DNA from: Rhodosorus marinus CCMP1338
Lineage: Eukaryota; Plantae; Rhodophyta
NCBI GenBank assembly: GCA_029953675.1
Contig: JAMWBK010000002.1
Location: 2,232,001-2,296,000, forward strand
Length of the DNA: 64,000 nt
Direction: 5' to 3'
The notes under the pieces are model-generated. The model was given only the letters and a program-made list of their open reading frames with translations, was not told where the DNA came from and searched no databases. Every line of letters begins with the position of its first letter. The stretch's first letter is position 1. Below are positions 61,201-64,000 of this stretch, one piece after another. A program made the position numbers and the translations under genes.

Positions 61201-62194
61201 CCCCTCCGGGACGATTCAGCCATTTAGAATCCACCGGCATGTACAAGACGAACATTAATCCGTTGCAGTCATTAGGTAAACTCTCTAGCTTGAGTGCCCT
61301 GACGTAATCTGTCGCATCACTGAATTCCGTTTGAACCGCCCTCTTGTCTCCTTTTGGTGTAGTCTGTGGAGGCCAGCACTCCTTCGGGGGTTCCGCCCAG
61401 CTGCCCTTCCTGCCCACTTTGATACCCCAGTGGAGGATCAGGGGATCGCCTGCGATCTTAATATTTGTGACCAGGAGGACGTTTGCAGGTGGCGGGTCGT
61501 CAGACTCGGGCGCATTTGCGGGTCCGTAAGAGCAGTAGACGATGTCACCAAAGTCTCCGAAGGAATAGGTTTTCCGTTCCTTCACGCTAAACCTCTTGAG
61601 TTCTTTGTCCATGTACTCTTCGCAGAGCTTCTTCCTCTTCTCTCGCTCTTCCTTTTCCTTCTGAAGCTTCTCCTCCTTTATCCTTCGCTCTTCTGCTAGC
61701 TTCTTCTCACGAGCTTCCTTTTCCTGTTTGGCTTTCTGCTCCGCCTCGAACCGCTCCTTCGCGCGTCTCTTCTTCTCGGCTTCGCTAAAAGCCGATTGAA
61801 GATCGAAATAGAAGTTCCCACCTCTTTCGGCCTTGAACCACTGCTCGCGGGTTCCGGTGCTCGCCTCGATGTAGATCAGGAACACAATGCCGCTTGGGGC
61901 CTTCTTCTCGTCCACGTCGATAAAAACAGTACCGTCCTCGAACGGTGTACGGACGGATTCCTTTCCTTCTCTGTACGGAGTACCTTCCGGAAGCATTTCT
62001 GGGATCGGCTTTATGTATGTGGTTTGATCACCTCTAGTCATCCCCCAATGCATGACGTAATGCTCCGCCTCATGCTGCACCGGATCCGACACAATGCTCA
62101 AAGTCACGTGAATCATCCCATCCTCGTTTCTCAGTGTTTGGCAAAACGAGAGCGGCCCAGAATGAACGTAAGATTCGTCGTCCTCAGCACCCAT
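58271..62194 (-). CDS. GWD: Alpha-glucan, water dikinase (GWD/R1), intronless, about 1307 aa
   Basis: Two CBM45-like modules (VMHWG, LILHWG), WTLMHRYN, EQWHQKLHNNTNPDDVVIC, phospho-His DVLSHVAVRARN, AIKGVWAS-like/NER motif, FRSDSNAEDLEGFAGAGL, QDIEG...IVQARPQV. Confidence 0.96.
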   Translation of the reverse strand: MGAEDDESYVHSGPLSFCQTLRNEDGMIHVTLSIVSDPVQHEAEHYVMHWGMTRGDQTTYIKPIPEMLPEGTPYREGKESVRTPFEDGTVFIDVDEKKAPSGIVFLIYIEASTGTREQWFKAERGGNFYFDLQSAFSEAEKKRRAKERFEAEQKAKQEKEAREKKLAEERRIKEEKLQKEKEEREKRKKLCEEYMDKELKRFSVKERKTYSFGDFGDIVYCSYGPANAPESDDPPPANVLLVTNIKIAGDPLILHWGIKVGRKGSWAEPPKECWPPQTTPKGDKRAVQTEFSDATDYVRALKLESLPNDCNGLMFVLYMPVDSKWLNRPGGGDMFISLKQTAALPGLDKKISEAAKRLAEDIVEKEMEYGSWTLMHRYNTGSYFAREVIGADEAAWALMYVWMRYSQLRVLDWQRNFNTKPRELSSAQMNFVTTMAAKYKELPKLRWIIRLVMSCVGRGGSGDLGQRIRDDILVILRHNRGWGHGSMMEQWHQKLHNNTNPDDVVICDALLAFWHSNGNIHEYWRVLGENSVTRERMAGYEQPITSEPDFPGHLKGTMIHELNQYGAILRAVHLGTDLNTILGKVHHCLSQEAKDKVNHYMHIRNENRPLIDMIRASAHARRDLHKHLENPYIPDDERRDAIFLDLALESDTRRVVEGGDLDGSLWAHLSAIRAAATGLAMSEGDLPSAAVLHNVENEMRQAIERIGFYGESEDVGLRAAAALNHARTCLTTVVDRYKTCFGNPAEALGRAFQADRHVVKIFVEEAVRGGPAYSLSTLIRKASPGVRRIARMGPYQVISPYDKETTGRVYCYEHLRESMGQTIEKGAVIIADFCDGDEDVPDGTRYVIIGSTVDVLSHVAVRARNEHHGLIACLDADELTELKTNEACLVKAKLEGETFKIEVLQESLKKSQSMSMNDLKMGMKRVKSKGLITPPSGLHAPPSGLTESTDTPGEAALLRKTSSQSLLSVSGVARKASVLPERLASAAWAIRPSEYDTEVVGSKSLNLQKLLALGLPDWIQVPKSITIPNGAMKKAFRAPENVKVYKEYVELRRLLAKAKANDVSLCPQLRQCVMRLSTPGGLADSLRGILDELGCEEIDESMPAAWEAVKGVWASIWNERAHLARRKLMLEVEDVDMAVLCQKVVDADYAFVIHTTNPVNSNEDEIYGEVVVGLGETLVSNSPGQALSFVTSKKNPGNPPMIKAYPSKSYALKGGAFIFRSDSNAEDLEGFAGAGLHDSISLQSPKKIDVDYSKDKIMNDDKFREELMGKVGAIGKAVEDTMGGFPQDIEGCFREGQYYIVQARPQV

Positions 62195-63079
62195 CCTGAA
62201 CCCTCTCCCCCTTCTCGCCCTCCTACCCCCCAACCGCAAAATCTTCCACCCAACAAACCCCCCTACGGCCCACCCCACCACCTCTAAAGCCAGCGCGTTG
62301 TTTCACCCTTCTACTACTCCGATCTCGGCTCTCCTCTTCTGTAGTACAGACCCCTTTAATACCCCTTAACAACTCTACCACAACTCTTCCAAGGCCCCGA
62401 AATCCCGAACTACACCCACCCCCACCCCCACATTCGTTCTCACCTTCTCCCAGACGTCTCATCATCAATAGAAGAAAAAAAAAAACACAAAGACTACTTC
62501 TCGTCAACTTGTTTTCCTCCATTTCCAGGGTATCATTGGCCATCATCATGGCCCCGGCATGGCCCCACAAAAATCTTCATATTTTCAATTAGAGCAGAAC
62601 AAACTACGGATTTTCATAATCCAGCTCACATTCCTTTATGAAAAGGAGGGGAAAGATATCTAAGCCCAACCCATAAACATATAATTTCGTAATATTATAG
62701 GCTTGATTAGTATTTTGGTTGTGTGCTTTTCTATTGGGAACTTATTTTTGAGTACGTATCTGATTTGAGAAGTAGTTTTTCTTTGGCTTCGTCTATCGAA
62801 TACGTTCTGAATATATCTAAATTTATCTCTATTTATTACTTATACGGTATTTAAAAATGGATTATATGGTAGAGGCGGTTTTGCGGGGAGCTTGATAACG
62901 GACTTGAAAAAATAAATGTTTCTTAATTAATGTAAAATGAGTTGTTTTTTTTTCCTCAGATCTTTGTATGGTGTTTTGATTGATTTTCTTCGAATTAGGA
63001 TTGATTTGGCTGCCTCCGTGCTCATCGGTGGCAAGTGCTCCGATGAGGATGTCTTGCTACAGTAGGCACGAGGTGAAGT

Positions 63080-63490
63080 CCTCAGCAGAGTCCATATGGG
63101 AGGTTCAGTGAGGATTTTAAGTGAACACCTCGCGTGTTTCCAGGGAATTTCACTGTTTTGATCTGAAAGCATTCCTGAGTTGAACTCTCCTCGTTCCCTT
63201 CGGTTGCTGGCCGGGTCGTCATATCAAAAGTGATATGGCTTCTGCCCTCGCGTTTGGAATTACCGTAGGAGTTGACTCCTCGAATGGCTGCGAAGCTCCG
63301 ACACAAGAGCCGATCCGTCAAGACGAGGCGACCGCCGAACCTTTTCCCTCATGTACGACTGGCCGCGAGTGGGCTTCTGGACTGCTTTTGACAGCTTCAA
63401 GCAGTGCCAGTACTTCTGCGAGGGATACCATTGACATGAAGCTGCAAGTCCTGTTAAGAACTGGATCAAGGCCGGGGAATGTTGACCCAC
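63080..63490 (-). mobile_element. Possible highly decayed copia RT-end/RNase H fragment
   Basis: LKLSKAVQKPT...KVRR then VNSYGNS and FQIKTV loosely follow the copia LSR..P..KRV.RY, YSDAD and KKQ.TV order. Resemblance is weak. Confidence 0.25.
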
Positions 63491-64000
63491 TTTTTGGAAT
63501 GTCGGGACCTGATTTAATGAATCCTGTGAAATGATTTCTGTGAATGTAGCTGGATCGATTAGGGCCTCGCTTTTATCCAGAATCCGCCTCTAATCAACCA
63601 CTATCGAACCCTTCACCTCTGTGAAACCACTGCTCAGCAAGATCAGACGACACATAGAATTAGGCTATTTCAAAACCTTCCAGTCCAATCATTTGAAGGA
63701 ACCAAAAATCTAACCAATAATACTCTATATTACCAATTCTACAAAATGATTCGTTAGATAATAAGCTTATAACGATCTATGCGCTCTCATTGGTTGAACT
63801 ATGTTCAATGGGGCTGATGGACAGCCTTGGGCCGCGGAGGGTTTCTGGTACAGTCACAAAGCTCCAAGGTCGTTCGTTAATGCTCCGAGCTCCAATTGCT
63901 TAAGATCAAACCCCTGCGTGAAAAAGCTGGAAACTCTCCAGAGCAACGGGGATGCCGACGGCACCCCTGCCGACGGCACCCACAGGGGAATCTCTCACAA

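Noticed and set aside
62195-62570. In-frame GFVG/Arg-rich stretch upstream of GWD resembling a transit peptide
   Set aside because: No in-frame ATG before an upstream stop. G-rich leaders here translate to G/R/W/V by composition, and red algal starch enzymes are cytosolic. A spliced upstream ATG cannot be fully excluded.
1-64000. CRISPR arrays, rRNA, tRNA, prokaryotic operons
   Set aside because: None seen; the sequence is intron-containing eukaryotic DNA and the repeats are two-copy duplications without spacers. Most short ORFs in the track are antisense or alternate-frame shadows of the real genes.

Overview
Eukaryotic, gene-dense nuclear DNA with short GT-AG introns (mostly 70-110 nt), AT-rich spacers and G-rich leaders upstream of genes. 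Phe/Gly-rich plastid transit peptides (MAF.../GFVG...) together with an alpha-glucan water dikinase that has no evident transit peptide point to a red alga (inference; species not determined). About 19 protein genes can be modelled: the 3' end of a kinesin, NAA50, a FIST-like+ankyrin protein, a plastid acyl-ACP/long-chain acyl-CoA synthetase, a long coiled-coil protein, a TLC protein, ArgRS, U2A', Wee1, lipin, V-ATPase D, a TUTase, a DUF1823-like protein, plastid RF1, a UBA-USP, a GNAT, selenophosphate synthetase 2, a GGT-like protein and GWD, plus one orphan ORF. The strongest observation is a complete selenoprotein gene: SPS2 with an in-frame UGA (LKG-U-GCK), a type II SECIS in its 3' UTR, and a probable 3'-UTR intron between stop and SECIS. 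Other points of interest are a FIST-ankyrin fusion, a GGT lacking its nucleophile Thr, a possible poison exon in the U2A' last intron, a perfect 68-bp hairpin, several two-copy tandem duplications, and decayed gypsy, copia and non-LTR retroelement fragments. All family assignments come from motifs recognised by eye; no database searches were run.
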